A stretch of 64,000 nucleotides of DNA from Saprospiraceae bacterium (GCA_043758385.1 JAYVNP010000119.1:151-64150), one strand, 5' to 3'; counted from the first letter of the stretch, positions 9,582 through 20,109 are shown. Notes: generated from the sequence alone by a model not told the origin. Numbers and translations are program-made.

Positions 9582-10613
9582 ATGCCCATTGGAGTTATTG
9601 GTTCGGGAAGTTTTGGAATGGCGATTGCGCTTTTGTTGCAAGAAAATACAGACGTATTGATTTATACGCGCAATGCTGAAACGGCACAAGCGATTAATGC
9701 CACGCACAGTTTAAACGGAATTGCTTTGAGTGAAAACGTAAAAGCTACTACGGATGCCAAAGAAGTATGCGATAAGTGTCTTCTCATTATGCCAATGGTG
9801 CCATCCGGTTTTTTCAGAGAAACTATTCGCTTGTTTGCGCCTTATTTAAAACCGCATCATTTAATCATTCATGGGACTAAAGGGCTTGACTTGGTTGGCA
9901 TTAGCGAGGAAGAATTGCCTAAAGTGCGCCAATGCACGCGCGCTAACGTACGCACCATGAGTGAAGTAATTGCGGAAGAAACGTCGGTTATTCGTATTGG
10001 GTGTTTATCCGGACCAAATTTAGCCAAAGAGTTGATTGAAAAACAACCCGGCGCAACACTTATTGCGAGTAAATTCGACGAAGTAATTGATGCAGGTCAG
10101 AAAGTTTTAGGATCGAAACGTTTTCACGTTTTTGGTTCTTATGAAATTCTCGGCGTTGAATTAGCAGGTGCATTAAAAAATATTATTGCACTCGGTTCAG
10201 GTATTTTGGGCGGGAAAAAACTTGGCAGAAATTTACAAGCAATGCTCATTTCGCGTGGGTTAACAGAAATGATTGCGTTGGGTGCAAAACTTAATGCCTC
10301 GAATAAAGCGTTTTTAGGTACAGCGGGTATCGGCGATTTAGTTGCGACTGCAACAAGCACAGATAGCCGAAATTATAAATTTGGTATGCGTTTAGCCACT
10401 GGCGAAAAATTAGAAGACATCGTGGCTTCCGAAAAAGAAATAGCAGAAGGCGTGCGCACTTTGCGAATCACTTACAAATTGGCTAAAAGTTATAGGTTGC
10501 ATTTGCCAATTATTCAAAGAATGTATCTCATGGTTTTTGAGAATTACGATATTGATAAAGCCATTGAATATTTAATGGAATACCCCTATGATGTTGACGT
10601 TGATTTTGTTTAA
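9582..10613 (+). CDS. gpsA: NAD(P)H-dependent glycerol-3-phosphate dehydrogenase
   Basis: N-terminal GSGSFG Rossmann motif; GxxKN..A.G and TEM motifs; length 343 aa. Confidence 0.9.
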   Translation: MPIGVIGSGSFGMAIALLLQENTDVLIYTRNAETAQAINATHSLNGIALSENVKATTDAKEVCDKCLLIMPMVPSGFFRETIRLFAPYLKPHHLIIHGTKGLDLVGISEEELPKVRQCTRANVRTMSEVIAEETSVIRIGCLSGPNLAKELIEKQPGATLIASKFDEVIDAGQKVLGSKRFHVFGSYEILGVELAGALKNIIALGSGILGGKKLGRNLQAMLISRGLTEMIALGAKLNASNKAFLGTAGIGDLVATATSTDSRNYKFGMRLATGEKLEDIVASEKEIAEGVRTLRITYKLAKSYRLHLPIIQRMYLMVFENYDIDKAIEYLMEYPYDVDVDFV

Positions 10614-10618
10614 TTTTG

Positions 10619-10700
10619 GTTGACAGTCAACAGTCAACAGTTGATAGTTTGTAATACAATCCACGGCTGTCAACTATCAACCGTCAACGAACAACTATTT
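10619..10700. repeat. Cluster of GTCAAC/GTTGAC/GTTGAT words with 7-bp periodicity and a 10-bp stem
   Basis: gttgacagtcaacagtcaacagttgatagtt ... ctgtcaactatcaaccgtcaacg. gttgatagtt (10640-49) pairs with aactatcaac (10672-81). Confidence 0.8.
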
Positions 10701-10706
10701 TGCTTC

Positions 10707-13001
10707 ATGAAAAATAAACTTTTACTCTTTTTTTTAGTGTTTTCGATGACTCACAGCGCACAGCTCATGGGTCAGAGCGCGTCAAGCATCATTCGCGGAA
10801 CTATTTTAAATAAAAAAGATGGTCAGCCATTGGCGTATGCAACCGTTTATGTAGATGAACTTAAAAACGGAACGACATCAGACATCAATGGATTTTTTCA
10901 AATCTCAAATGTCGCCACAGGCGATTATAATTTAAAAATTAGTTTGGTCGGTTTTGAAAACATAGAAGCTAAAATTACCGTCGCAGCTTCGAGCATTTTT
11001 AATAAATTTTTTTTTTTAACCGAAGACGATAAGACGCTACAAACGGTAGAAATTTCGGGTAAAAAAGAATTGCGCCGATTAACGCCGCTTGTATCGCAGG
11101 TAACAATTTCGCCACAACAAATAAAAAATTTACCGTCGGTGGGTGGCGAACCCGATATAGCACAATACATTACAACGCTGCCGGGTGTTGTCAGTTCGGG
11201 CGATCAGGGCGGACAAATTTATATTCGCGGTGGTTCACCCGTTGAAAATAAAATCTTGCTCGATGGAATGCCGATTTACAATCCGTTTCACTCCATCGGT
11301 TTTTTTTCTGTTTTTGAAACTGAAGCGGTGCGTTCGGTGGATGTTTTCACCGGTGGATTTAACGCACAATACGGTGGCAGAATTTCATCAGTAATTGATG
11401 TTAAAATGCGCGAAGGCAATAAATCAAATTATTCGGGTTTGGCGAGCGTTTCACCGTTTCAAGCCAAAGCCATTTTGGAAGGACCGCTTTTAAAACTTCG
11501 CGAAGATGGTAACACAGCGATTTCTTTTTTAGTAACGGCTAAACATTCGCTTCTGCCACAAACGTCGCAAAATTTATACAAATACGCACTTAAAGATAGC
11601 GCAACGAGTTTGCCTTTTGCTTACGACGATTTTTACGGCAAAGTATCGCTTGTAGCTAAAGGTGGCAGCAAACTCAATATTTTTGGTTTTAATTTTTCGG
11701 ACGGTGTAAACTATCCGAATGTAGCAACGTTAAGTTGGAAAAATAACGGTTTTGGTTCAAACTTTACTTTGGTGCCTGCTACTTTAAACATGATTATTGA
11801 CGGTGCAATAACGTACTCGAATTATAATTTAAGTTTAAAAGAAGCTGCACCCGACCCGAGAACAAATGTGCTCAGTAATTTTACAGCTAAACTCGATTTC
11901 ACTGTTTTCGGAAATAATGGCGAACTGAAGTACGGTGCAGAATATAATGCTATTGGTACCGATTTAGCGTTTAAAAATCCGTTAGGTTTTTCTTTTTTGC
12001 AAAGCAATAATACGAATGAGCTTTCTGCTTATGCTAAATATTTATACCGTAGAGGAAGATTAGTGATTGAACCCGGCTTACGCGTTCAAAGTTATTCTGC
12101 ACTCGGTGAAACAACTTTTGAACCACGCATTGCCGTGAAATTAAATGCGAGCGACAATTTTAGGTTGAAATTTTCGGGTGGATTGTATTCTCAAAATTTA
12201 ATTTCAACCGTTAATTCAAACGATATTGTAAACCTGTTTGTTGGTTATTTAACCGGACCTGAGGAAAGTTTTAATAAACCTGGCACAAGCCAAACCGTTG
12301 ACACACGTTTACAGAAATCTTCGCAAATTGTTGGTGGTTTTGAAGCCGATTTAAATCCGAATCTTTCGCTCAACGTGGAGAGTTATTATAAAAATTATAA
12401 CCAACTGATTGATATAAACAGTTCTAAATCGAAAAATACAGAAGCTAATTATATTGCTGAAACGGGACAAGCCTACGGTACAGAATTTACACTGATCTAT
12501 AAATATGCGCGTTGGGATATAAATACCAATTATACACTCGCTTATGTTAATCGGTTCGATGGTACACAAACCTATCCAACCAATTTTGACAGGCGCAACA
12601 GCGTGAATGTAGTTTTAAACTATACTGCTGGTGCGCATAATGAATGGAATTTTTCAGCGCGCTTTAATTACGGCTCAGGCTTTCCTTTCACGCTCACTCA
12701 AGGTTTTTATACCAATTACACGCTCTCGAATGGCGTGAACACCGATGTTTTGCGTGGCAATCCCAGTCAAGGAATTATTTACTCTGCAACAAAAAATGAA
12801 GGTCGCTTACCCGATTTTCACCGTTTAGATGTTTCTATACGTAGAAATTTCAAATTTAGTAAATCGGCAGGTTTAGATATTGTCGCCTCTGTAACAAATG
12901 CTTACAACCGCAATAATATTTTTTACTTCGACCGCCTGACTTATAAACGCGTTGATCAATTGCCAATACTACCGGCGCTTTCTGCCACTTTCAGATTTTA
13001 A
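10707..13001 (+). CDS. TonB-dependent receptor with N-terminal carboxypeptidase-regulatory-like domain
   Basis: Signal peptide MKNKLLLFFLVFSM; CarboxypepD_reg pattern (GTILNKKDGQPLAYATVYV..TTSDINGFF); plug and barrel; C-terminal aromatic residue. The ORF-track start at 10620 reads through the repeat. Confidence 0.85.
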   Translation: MKNKLLLFFLVFSMTHSAQLMGQSASSIIRGTILNKKDGQPLAYATVYVDELKNGTTSDINGFFQISNVATGDYNLKISLVGFENIEAKITVAASSIFNKFFFLTEDDKTLQTVEISGKKELRRLTPLVSQVTISPQQIKNLPSVGGEPDIAQYITTLPGVVSSGDQGGQIYIRGGSPVENKILLDGMPIYNPFHSIGFFSVFETEAVRSVDVFTGGFNAQYGGRISSVIDVKMREGNKSNYSGLASVSPFQAKAILEGPLLKLREDGNTAISFLVTAKHSLLPQTSQNLYKYALKDSATSLPFAYDDFYGKVSLVAKGGSKLNIFGFNFSDGVNYPNVATLSWKNNGFGSNFTLVPATLNMIIDGAITYSNYNLSLKEAAPDPRTNVLSNFTAKLDFTVFGNNGELKYGAEYNAIGTDLAFKNPLGFSFLQSNNTNELSAYAKYLYRRGRLVIEPGLRVQSYSALGETTFEPRIAVKLNASDNFRLKFSGGLYSQNLISTVNSNDIVNLFVGYLTGPEESFNKPGTSQTVDTRLQKSSQIVGGFEADLNPNLSLNVESYYKNYNQLIDINSSKSKNTEANYIAETGQAYGTEFTLIYKYARWDINTNYTLAYVNRFDGTQTYPTNFDRRNSVNVVLNYTAGAHNEWNFSARFNYGSGFPFTLTQGFYTNYTLSNGVNTDVLRGNPSQGIIYSATKNEGRLPDFHRLDVSIRRNFKFSKSAGLDIVASVTNAYNRNNIFYFDRLTYKRVDQLPILPALSATFRF

Positions 13002-13027
13002 AACTATTTCTCTCAAACTTCGCTGAG

Positions 13028-13088
13028 TTCGCAGACTTTCGCAGAAAATTTAAATAAAAGTCTGCGAAAGTCTGCGAAAGTCTGCGAG
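13028..13088 (+). terminator. 18-bp perfect-stem hairpin after the TonB receptor; right arm is a 3x 10-bp tandem repeat
   Basis: ttcgcagactttcgcaga / loop / (agtctgcgaa)x3. There is no clear T-run, so terminator function is inferred from position. Confidence 0.45.
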
Positions 13089-13133
13089 AAACTTTCCTAT
13101 TAATTTTGTTACAAATAATTTAGTCGCTGGCTT

Positions 13134-13262
13134 ATGGAAAATAAACTTCTCATTTTTTTTAGGCTCTTAAAATATATCGCCATTCTCGGCATCGTGTTTT
13201 ATTTATTTTACTGGGGAATGTATTGGTTGTTTAAACGGATGCACGAAAAAGGAAAATTATAA
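13134..13262 (+). CDS. Possible 42-aa single-TM small protein
   Basis: Own translation MENKLLIFFRLLKYIAILGIVFYLFYWGMYWLFKRMHEKGKL; below the ORF-track length cut-off; no homology evidence. Confidence 0.2.
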   Translation: MENKLLIFFRLLKYIAILGIVFYLFYWGMYWLFKRMHEKGKL

Positions 13263-13354
13263 ACGGTAATGGTTCTTTAAACGTTTTTTTCAAGTTGTTC
13301 GTCGTAAATTTTGGTTTGCCGCTTAAACAAACGCTACCTTTGAATAAAAAAATA

Positions 13355-13921
13355 ATGGAGCAAAGTAAAAGAGATCGCGCAGAACAAATTATCAGAATGC
13401 ACATTGGTTATGCAGCATCGGCTGCGCTTGTACCGATTCCGGGTGCGGACATTGCTGCTGTTGGTGCCGTTCAACTCGATATGTTGCGCCAAATTGCTGG
13501 CGTTTACGATATTGGTTTTATGGATTCGCTCGGAAAAAATATTATCACATCACTCGTTGGTGGTAGCATTGCACGATTGGGTGCAAGTTTAATTAAAGCC
13601 ATTCCGGGTTTCGGTACTATTGTAGGCGAATTAACGATGCCCGTGATGGCAAGTATTTCAACGTATTCGATGGGACAAATTATTGTGCGACATTTAGAAA
13701 ACGGTGGCACTATGGATAATTTAGATTTGCGCGCCAGCAAGAAAAAAGTTGCCGAAGTGGCGAAAGAAGATTTAGAAAAATTTAAAAAAGAAGCCCCAGC
13801 CGATGTGGAAAAAACAGATGTTGTAACGCAACTTAAACGTATGGGCGAACTGCACCAATCAGGTATTCTTTCCGACGAAGAGTTTGAAAAAATTAAAGCT
13901 AAATTGATTGCGCAGATGTGA
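13355..13921 (+). CDS. DUF697/YcjF-like membrane-associated domain fused to a C-terminal SHOCT domain
   Basis: GYAASAALVPIPGADIAAV..L.ML pattern; C-terminal LKRMGELHQSGILSDEEFEKIKAKLI is SHOCT-like. ATG at 13355 preferred. Confidence 0.5.
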   Translation: MEQSKRDRAEQIIRMHIGYAASAALVPIPGADIAAVGAVQLDMLRQIAGVYDIGFMDSLGKNIITSLVGGSIARLGASLIKAIPGFGTIVGELTMPVMASISTYSMGQIIVRHLENGGTMDNLDLRASKKKVAEVAKEDLEKFKKEAPADVEKTDVVTQLKRMGELHQSGILSDEEFEKIKAKLIAQM

Positions 13922-13978
13922 TAAACACTGCTTAATGAGTCAAATGCTGATTTTTAGTTAAGAACATGATTCTTTAAC

Positions 13979-15283
13979 TCATTGTGTTGCATTAACTGTA
14001 AATATTTTTTCAGCTGCGTCATTCCACTTCATCGATTTAATTTTTTCAGAATGAGGTTTCATTCCAACGTCGCCGTTCGTTTGCCATTCCTCGAATAATT
14101 TCGCAATCCAAGAAATAGCATTTTCTAAATCTTTATCAGAATAAAAAACGATCCCAGCATTCATCTCTGTTAAAATGTTTTCAAATTCTATATCTTTTAC
14201 GCCATCAATTAAAACCAAAATAGGATTTTGCGCAGCCAAATATTCAAAAAGTTTTCCTGTAAGAATACCAGAAAAATTTGGAAGCGTATATGAGAAAATT
14301 AAATTGAGGTGTGCATTACGTTGAATTTCTAAAGCTTGAGTACGCTTAACCTGACCAAAGGATTTTAAAAATGTGTCAATATTATTTTCTTTTAAAAATA
14401 CTTTGAGTGTTACAACATCCTTACCGGCATAAACAATCTGAAAGTTTTGTTCTGAAATAATTTTTCTTTCACTCAAAGTTAAAATAATTCTGGACAGAAA
14501 ACGCAGCGTTGCATCATAACCATAAATTGAACCAGTATATGCGATTGTAAATTTTTCAAAGGGTTGTCGTTCAAAATTAAAAAGCGCAGCATCAATACCA
14601 TTTCTAATGACTTCAACTTGGGAATTATATTTAAGCAGATGATTTTTTAATCCAGCTGAAACGGTTGTCAGTTTTGAAGCGCGCTTTAGCATAAATTTTA
14701 AAACGCGGTCTTGAAAATTTGGGAAGTATGTGTTTTGAAAATATGGATCAACGGGTAAATCGCGAAAATCGCAAACCCAAATAATTTTTGGGCAAAATAA
14801 TATAATTAAATACCCAACGTAGATGTCCGCTAAAGGATAAAAAGAGGTTAGTAAATTTTCTATTTTTTGTTTCCTGATAAGTTGAATGCTTTTGAGCGTG
14901 GATAAAAAAATATAAAACATACTACCTTCGCTCAAAACGATGGAAAATGGGAAAGAGGATTTGATTTTTAAAAAAAATTTTGCAATTACACTTTGTTTAG
15001 CATCGTCGGAAATTTGCGCGTTATTATTTTTTCGTTTTAGGAAATAAATAAGTGTTTTGAAATCGAAAGTAAAAATTATTTTTGTTTTAAGATTTTTACT
15101 TTGTGTTTCGAGATTTTCTAAAATTTTAAGATTTGAATTAGATTTTATAAAATTATTCGATGAAGTTAAAACATAAGTCTCGTCAAACAATTTACAAAAT
15201 TCAGGAATTAACGCGGCGTTGCGAATTACCGAAACGGATTCTAACGGCGGATGAAAATAAGTAACGACTAATATTTTAGACAA
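13979..15283 (-). CDS. Putative glycosyltransferase (GT-B fold, divergent)
   Basis: N-terminal KILVVTYFHPP and C-terminal GKLFEYLAAQNPIL patterns; TTG start 12 nt after the upstream GT gene. Confidence 0.5.
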   Translation of the reverse strand: MSKILVVTYFHPPLESVSVIRNAALIPEFCKLFDETYVLTSSNNFIKSNSNLKILENLETQSKNLKTKIIFTFDFKTLIYFLKRKNNNAQISDDAKQSVIAKFFLKIKSSFPFSIVLSEGSMFYIFLSTLKSIQLIRKQKIENLLTSFYPLADIYVGYLIILFCPKIIWVCDFRDLPVDPYFQNTYFPNFQDRVLKFMLKRASKLTTVSAGLKNHLLKYNSQVEVIRNGIDAALFNFERQPFEKFTIAYTGSIYGYDATLRFLSRIILTLSERKIISEQNFQIVYAGKDVVTLKVFLKENNIDTFLKSFGQVKRTQALEIQRNAHLNLIFSYTLPNFSGILTGKLFEYLAAQNPILVLIDGVKDIEFENILTEMNAGIVFYSDKDLENAISWIAKLFEEWQTNGDVGMKPHSEKIKSMKWNDAAEKIFTVNATQ

Positions 15284-15295
15284 GTTGGTTAAGCA

Positions 15296-16495
15296 TTAAG
15301 AATTAATACCCTGATACTCTTTTATTTGCAATTCATCATTCGTAATTGTTTCCGTTTCGCCTAAAGCTGTTGCAATAACTTGAGCTATTTGTTTGGCAAT
15401 TAATCTATCATCAAATATTTCTATTACTTTTTTTCTGCCAGCTTTGCCAAAACTTAATCGCTCTTCTGCACTCATTTTAATAACGCGCACAAAAGCGTCC
15501 GTTAACTGGTTTATATTTTTAGCATCCACTAAAAAACCATTTTTATTATCATCAACAGCTTCGTAACAACCCGGTACATTTGTAGTTATTACAATTTTTT
15601 CCATCGCCATACCTTCTTGTATTACACGCGGAATAGCTTCGCGATAAGAAGGACAAACGATACAATCGGATTGCGCAATCGGAATACGCACGTCTTCAGC
15701 AAAACCTTTATCAATTATTATTTTTTTTGTTACCCAATCATTTAATTCTATTTCTTTAACAGATGTTGGGTTACCAAAATCGGCGCAGCCAATTAGCCAA
15801 AATTCAACTTCAGAAAATTGTTGTTTTACCCGTTGTGCCGCGTTTACAAATTCTAAAATTCCTTTGTCGTATAAATATCTACCGACGTAGCTAATAATAA
15901 TTTTATCGTCTGATTTAAGTATTTTTATAGGTTGAAAGTGGGCAATGTTTGTACCACAGCCTTTCATTGAAACGGATTTGTTGGCTTCAACTATTTTATT
16001 TTCGATAAAAACTTTTCTATCGTCAATGTTTTCAAAAATTACACTTTGCGCATTTTTAAGCCCTACCCGATACATAAAGTTGGTAAACGAATGGAGCAAT
16101 CCTTTATTAATGAAAGTATATCCTAAACCTGTAATGATGGGAATATTTTTTATCTTCAGGATGCGCGTTACAAGTCCGCCATAAATATTAGGTTTTATAG
16201 TGTAATGAATAATGGCGTCAGGATTTATTTTTTTATAAATTTTGAAGAGTTCCAACAAAAGTTTTAAATCGCTTAAAAAGTTAGTGCTTTTTCTTTTTAA
16301 TGAATTCAATGGTACATGAACAACTTCAGGGAATTTATCTAAGTAGGTAATATATTTATCGGTAGGAGCAACAACAAAAACGGTATAACCCTCTGTTAGA
16401 AGTCTTTCTATGAGATTTAAACGAAAATTATAAATATTCCAAGTGCTGTTAGCAACAAGTATGATTTTTTTCACAGTAAAAAAATTATCAAACAC
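15296..16495 (-). CDS. Glycosyltransferase family 4 (GT1-type)
   Basis: C-terminal EAIPRVIQEGMAMEKIVITTNVPGCYEAVDDNKNGFLV (E-x7-E region). An alternative GTG start at 16474 gives VKKIILVAN. Confidence 0.8.
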   Translation of the reverse strand: MFDNFFTVKKIILVANSTWNIYNFRLNLIERLLTEGYTVFVVAPTDKYITYLDKFPEVVHVPLNSLKRKSTNFLSDLKLLLELFKIYKKINPDAIIHYTIKPNIYGGLVTRILKIKNIPIITGLGYTFINKGLLHSFTNFMYRVGLKNAQSVIFENIDDRKVFIENKIVEANKSVSMKGCGTNIAHFQPIKILKSDDKIIISYVGRYLYDKGILEFVNAAQRVKQQFSEVEFWLIGCADFGNPTSVKEIELNDWVTKKIIIDKGFAEDVRIPIAQSDCIVCPSYREAIPRVIQEGMAMEKIVITTNVPGCYEAVDDNKNGFLVDAKNINQLTDAFVRVIKMSAEERLSFGKAGRKKVIEIFDDRLIAKQIAQVIATALGETETITNDELQIKEYQGINS

Positions 16496-16583
16496 GAAAA
16501 TATTTTATTCTTTGGTGTTTCTGTTTAACCATATCTTTTAATTATTTTATCACAAAGTTTTGCAAGTTATGCCTTTTTTTAAT

Positions 16584-17648
16584 TTATTTGTTCATTAAAA
16601 TGCTGATTTGCTTTATTTCTTGTTCATCCGATTTAGGATAAATGAGTAAAACACCATTTTCATCAATTATGACGAAATTTTCTAAACCTTTTATGACGAC
16701 TTTTTTATTTTCAGGTGCGCGAACAATACAGTTAAATGTTTCCACAAGGTGGGATTTATTATTCTGAACGACGTTGTTCTCAGCATTTTTTTCTACCTCA
16801 TCGAATAAAGAATTCCATGTACCTACATCCGACCAACCACAATCGCATGGAATTGTAAAAACATTTTTTGCCTTCTCTAAAATGGCGTAATCCACTGAAA
16901 TATTTGGAGTCTTCGGGTAATTTTCATTTATAAACGCTTTTTCGCCGCCATTGTTCCAGATTGAACTATCGGTTGGTGATAAAATATTTAAAATTTCGGG
17001 TGCGTTTTCCTTAAAAGATTTTAGTAAACTCGAAACCGACCAAATAAAAATACCAGCATTCCAAAGATACTCTTTTGAATCTAAAAATTTTTGTGCAGTG
17101 GCTTTGTCTGGCTTTTCTGTGAACGTTTTTACTTTATAAATTCCGTCTTTGTTCTTTGTGTGTTCGTATTTGATGTAACCATAACCAGTGTTGGCATTTG
17201 TGGGATGAATGCCGAGTGTCATAATAGCATCGTGGTGCGCGCAATAATGAAATGCTTGCTGAATTTTTTCTAAAAAAATATCCTCCTTTCTAATAGAATG
17301 ATCCGAAGAGGCGACAACAAAAACAGCATTCGGATTAATACTCTGAATTTTTAATGCCGTATAAGCGACGGAAGGTGCTGTATTATTCCGAGACGGTTCC
17401 GATAAAATTCTATCAGTCAACATTTCGGGTAATTGCTCTTTTACTAATTCGGTGTAACTATCGTTCGTGACAACTAAAATATTTTCTATCGGTAGTATTT
17501 TCTGAAACCTATCGAAAGTTAATTGCAGCATGGTTCTACCTGTACCCAAAATATCTAAAAATTGTTTAGGCTTGTGTTCCAAACTGGCGGGCCAAAATCG
17601 CGAACCCACGCCACCTGCCATAATTGCTACATAAAAATTCTTATTCAT
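16584..17648 (-). CDS. manC: Mannose-1-phosphate guanylyltransferase
   Basis: MAGGVGSRFWPAS nucleotidyltransferase motif; about 350-aa short form. Confidence 0.85.
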   Translation of the reverse strand: MNKNFYVAIMAGGVGSRFWPASLEHKPKQFLDILGTGRTMLQLTFDRFQKILPIENILVVTNDSYTELVKEQLPEMLTDRILSEPSRNNTAPSVAYTALKIQSINPNAVFVVASSDHSIRKEDIFLEKIQQAFHYCAHHDAIMTLGIHPTNANTGYGYIKYEHTKNKDGIYKVKTFTEKPDKATAQKFLDSKEYLWNAGIFIWSVSSLLKSFKENAPEILNILSPTDSSIWNNGGEKAFINENYPKTPNISVDYAILEKAKNVFTIPCDCGWSDVGTWNSLFDEVEKNAENNVVQNNKSHLVETFNCIVRAPENKKVVIKGLENFVIIDENGVLLIYPKSDEQEIKQISILMNK

Positions 17649-17661
17649 TGTATGTTTTTTA

Positions 17662-18588
17662 TCAAATTATGGTTTGAACCGAATCAATAACAGACGTTAA
17701 GCCCTCTTTTAAATCAATTGTATAACGCCAACCTAAAGCATTAATTTTAGCGACATCCGTTAATTTGCGTGGCGTGCCGTCGGGTTTTGTTGTGTCATTA
17801 ATTATATTTCCTTCAAAACCGATAATATTTGCAATCATCTGAGCCACATCTCTTATGGTAATGTCAGTCCCCGTTCCGATATTTAAAAAACCTGGTTCAT
17901 TAAAATTTTGCATCAAAAAATAACATGCCTCAGCTAAATCATCAACGTGTAAAAATTCGCGCAGTGGTGTTCCAGTTCCCCAAATAACGGCTTCGTTGGC
18001 GTTGGTTCTTTTAGCAGTAATAAATTTACGAATCAATGCTGGAATTACGTGGGATGTATTTAAATCGTAGTTATCATTCGGTCCGTACAAATTGGTCGGC
18101 ATTGCCGAAATAAAATTGCAACCATATTGAGCGCGGTAAGCATCGCACATTTTTATACCAGTAATTTTTGCAATGGCGTAAGGTTCGTTTGTCGGCTCTA
18201 AAGTGTTTGTCAACAAATATTCTTCTTTTAGTGGTTGCGGTGCTAATTTCGGATAGATGCACGAAGAACCCAAGAATAGTAATTTTTCTACTCCATGCGC
18301 GTAAGCCGAATGAATAACATTGGCTTCAATCATTAAATTATCGTACAGAAAATCGGCGCGATAGGTATTGTTAGCTAAAATTCCGCCTACTTTAGCCGCT
18401 GCTAAAAAGATATACTTGGGTTTTTCTTTTTTAAAAAATTCATTCACTGCCGACTGATTGCGCAAATCTAATTCGTTAGAGCGACGCAAAACAATATCAT
18501 CGAAACCTTTGCTTCTTAAATTTCTCACTATTGCCGATCCTACCATGCCTCTATGTCCCGCCACAAAAATCTTATCCTTAAATTTCAT
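17662..18588 (-). CDS. fcl: GDP-L-fucose synthase
   Basis: [15 protein letters not shown] Rossmann motif; SSCIYP and YAIAK catalytic motifs. ATG at 18588 preferred over the track start. Confidence 0.9.
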   Translation of the reverse strand: MKFKDKIFVAGHRGMVGSAIVRNLRSKGFDDIVLRRSNELDLRNQSAVNEFFKKEKPKYIFLAAAKVGGILANNTYRADFLYDNLMIEANVIHSAYAHGVEKLLFLGSSCIYPKLAPQPLKEEYLLTNTLEPTNEPYAIAKITGIKMCDAYRAQYGCNFISAMPTNLYGPNDNYDLNTSHVIPALIRKFITAKRTNANEAVIWGTGTPLREFLHVDDLAEACYFLMQNFNEPGFLNIGTGTDITIRDVAQMIANIIGFEGNIINDTTKPDGTPRKLTDVAKINALGWRYTIDLKEGLTSVIDSVQTII

Positions 18589-18674
18589 ACCGTATTTCAA
18601 GTGATTAAAATTTGTTATCAATTTTGCTTTCTGTTGCAAAAGTAGTTAACAATCAGTTGTTTTGAAATATACTT

Positions 18675-20021
18675 TTACTCTACTTTTAAAAATTTTTCAG
18701 TTTTAACAGCGATTTTATTTCGAATAGAAAACAAATAGACACCTACACTCAAATTTTCAATAGGTGTTTTAAAATTTTCAGTTTCTATTAAAAAACTTCC
18801 CGAATTATAAATTCGCCCATTTATATCTGTTATTTGCCAATAGGTATGGCTTTTAAAACTCCCAAAACAATTTAAAAATCCATCGTTAAGACAATTAGGT
18901 GAAATTTTAAAACTTAATGCCTCAATTTCGTTTGTAGGGGTCGTAGTATTACAAGTATTTACAGTGGCGACCACCCGTGCACGTAATTGGGGTAAATAGT
19001 TCCAAACCATTTCACCAGGGCAATCGGTTGCACAACCACTTCTATGTCCATCTATATTACTAACAATTGTTCCGCCGAGTAGAGCCGCACCATTCGGATT
19101 AATCTTTTCTTTTTTCGCTTTCCATGCTAAAATTTTAACCAAAGTTTGCAAGGCTGTATCGGTTGGTAAAACATCGTTGTAAGTGCCTATCATACAAACG
19201 CCCATTGTATGGGCATTTTTACCGCAATAATGCGCACCTACTACATTATCTCCACCACCACGACCAACAAATAAAGTTCCATCTGGAGCAACCAAATAAT
19301 TATACCCAATATCGCTCCAACCATTTGTATTCACATGATAATCGAAATAAGAGGCAACTACTGCTGCCCAATTTGGTGCTACATTGGGCGAAGAACCGTG
19401 ATGAACAATGAGATGTGTTACAGTAGTGTATTCGGGAATATTTTTATATTGAATGAGGTCATTCAGATTGTAGGATGCACCCCAAATACTTCTTGAGACT
19501 GCCTTTGGTGACGAACAATCGTCGCTTCCTCGAAATTGAGTTTGGTTATCTACAACGGAATTGCTCGCATTACCTGGAAAAAATAGGCGTAATTTAAGTT
19601 CATGTTTGGAAAAATCAATGCCCATATTACTTTCAATTTCTATAGTCAAATGACTGCTATTATTTTCAAGAAAAATAAGTTCAGATACATAATTCACATC
19701 ATCATCTACATCTTGCGCAGGTTTGATTTGAATGTATTGTGACACCGAAGAATTTAAAGTTTCAAGTTTTAATCGTACTGAATTAATTTCCTCTTTCTTA
19801 ATTCCATAAAATTTAAGAGAAAGTGCTACAAAAGGAGATACCCTTTGCGGTACAAAATTTATCAAAAAATTACTATTGAATATTAGTTTTTCACCTGATT
19901 GTGTCACACTTCTTTTTGAGATATTACCATCATTTAACCGAAACTCTTGCGCTGATTGTGCAGTCATGAATAGCGATTGAAAAATTAATAAGTACAAACT
20001 GAACAGGAATTTATTCATCAT
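18675..20021 (-). CDS. Secreted N-acetylmuramoyl-L-alanine amidase (Amidase_2/PGRP fold) with T9SS type A C-terminal domain
   Basis: HLIVHH..WSDIGYNYLV..GAHYCGKN..DGHRSGCATDCPG zinc-amidase pattern; C-terminal VGVYLFSIRNK..KFLKVE sorting domain. Confidence 0.75.
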   Translation of the reverse strand: MMNKFLFSLYLLIFQSLFMTAQSAQEFRLNDGNISKRSVTQSGEKLIFNSNFLINFVPQRVSPFVALSLKFYGIKKEEINSVRLKLETLNSSVSQYIQIKPAQDVDDDVNYVSELIFLENNSSHLTIEIESNMGIDFSKHELKLRLFFPGNASNSVVDNQTQFRGSDDCSSPKAVSRSIWGASYNLNDLIQYKNIPEYTTVTHLIVHHGSSPNVAPNWAAVVASYFDYHVNTNGWSDIGYNYLVAPDGTLFVGRGGGDNVVGAHYCGKNAHTMGVCMIGTYNDVLPTDTALQTLVKILAWKAKKEKINPNGAALLGGTIVSNIDGHRSGCATDCPGEMVWNYLPQLRARVVATVNTCNTTTPTNEIEALSFKISPNCLNDGFLNCFGSFKSHTYWQITDINGRIYNSGSFLIETENFKTPIENLSVGVYLFSIRNKIAVKTEKFLKVE

Positions 20022-20071
20022 TTCAAATTTGATACTAAGATAAACTTTTAAACTCTATTTTAATTGTGAAA

Positions 20072-20109
20072 ACAAAAAAGCCATCAAACAAATGCGCTTG
20101 ATGGCTTTT
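20072..20109 (-). terminator. Rho-independent terminator
   Basis: On the minus strand: aaagccatcaa-loop-ttgatggcttt followed by a T-run. Confidence 0.65.

Noticed and set aside
10620-10706. N-terminal extensions in the ORF track (also 13295, 28709, 37207, 37798, 42966, 53052, 59919, 18639, 42673, 62572)
   Set aside because: The extensions translate intergenic word repeats or lack signal-peptide logic. Internal ATGs give canonical N-termini (signal peptides, Rossmann motifs, paralogue-matched starts).
13059-13088. CRISPR array hypothesis for the direct repeats here and at 23674-23726 and 50712-50843
   Set aside because: Units are 6-18 bp and directly abutting, with no spacers. There are no cas genes in the window.
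16584-18588. Incomplete GDP-fucose pathway (manC and fcl present, no gmd in the cluster)
   Set aside because: gmd may simply lie elsewhere in the genome. This cannot be judged from one window.
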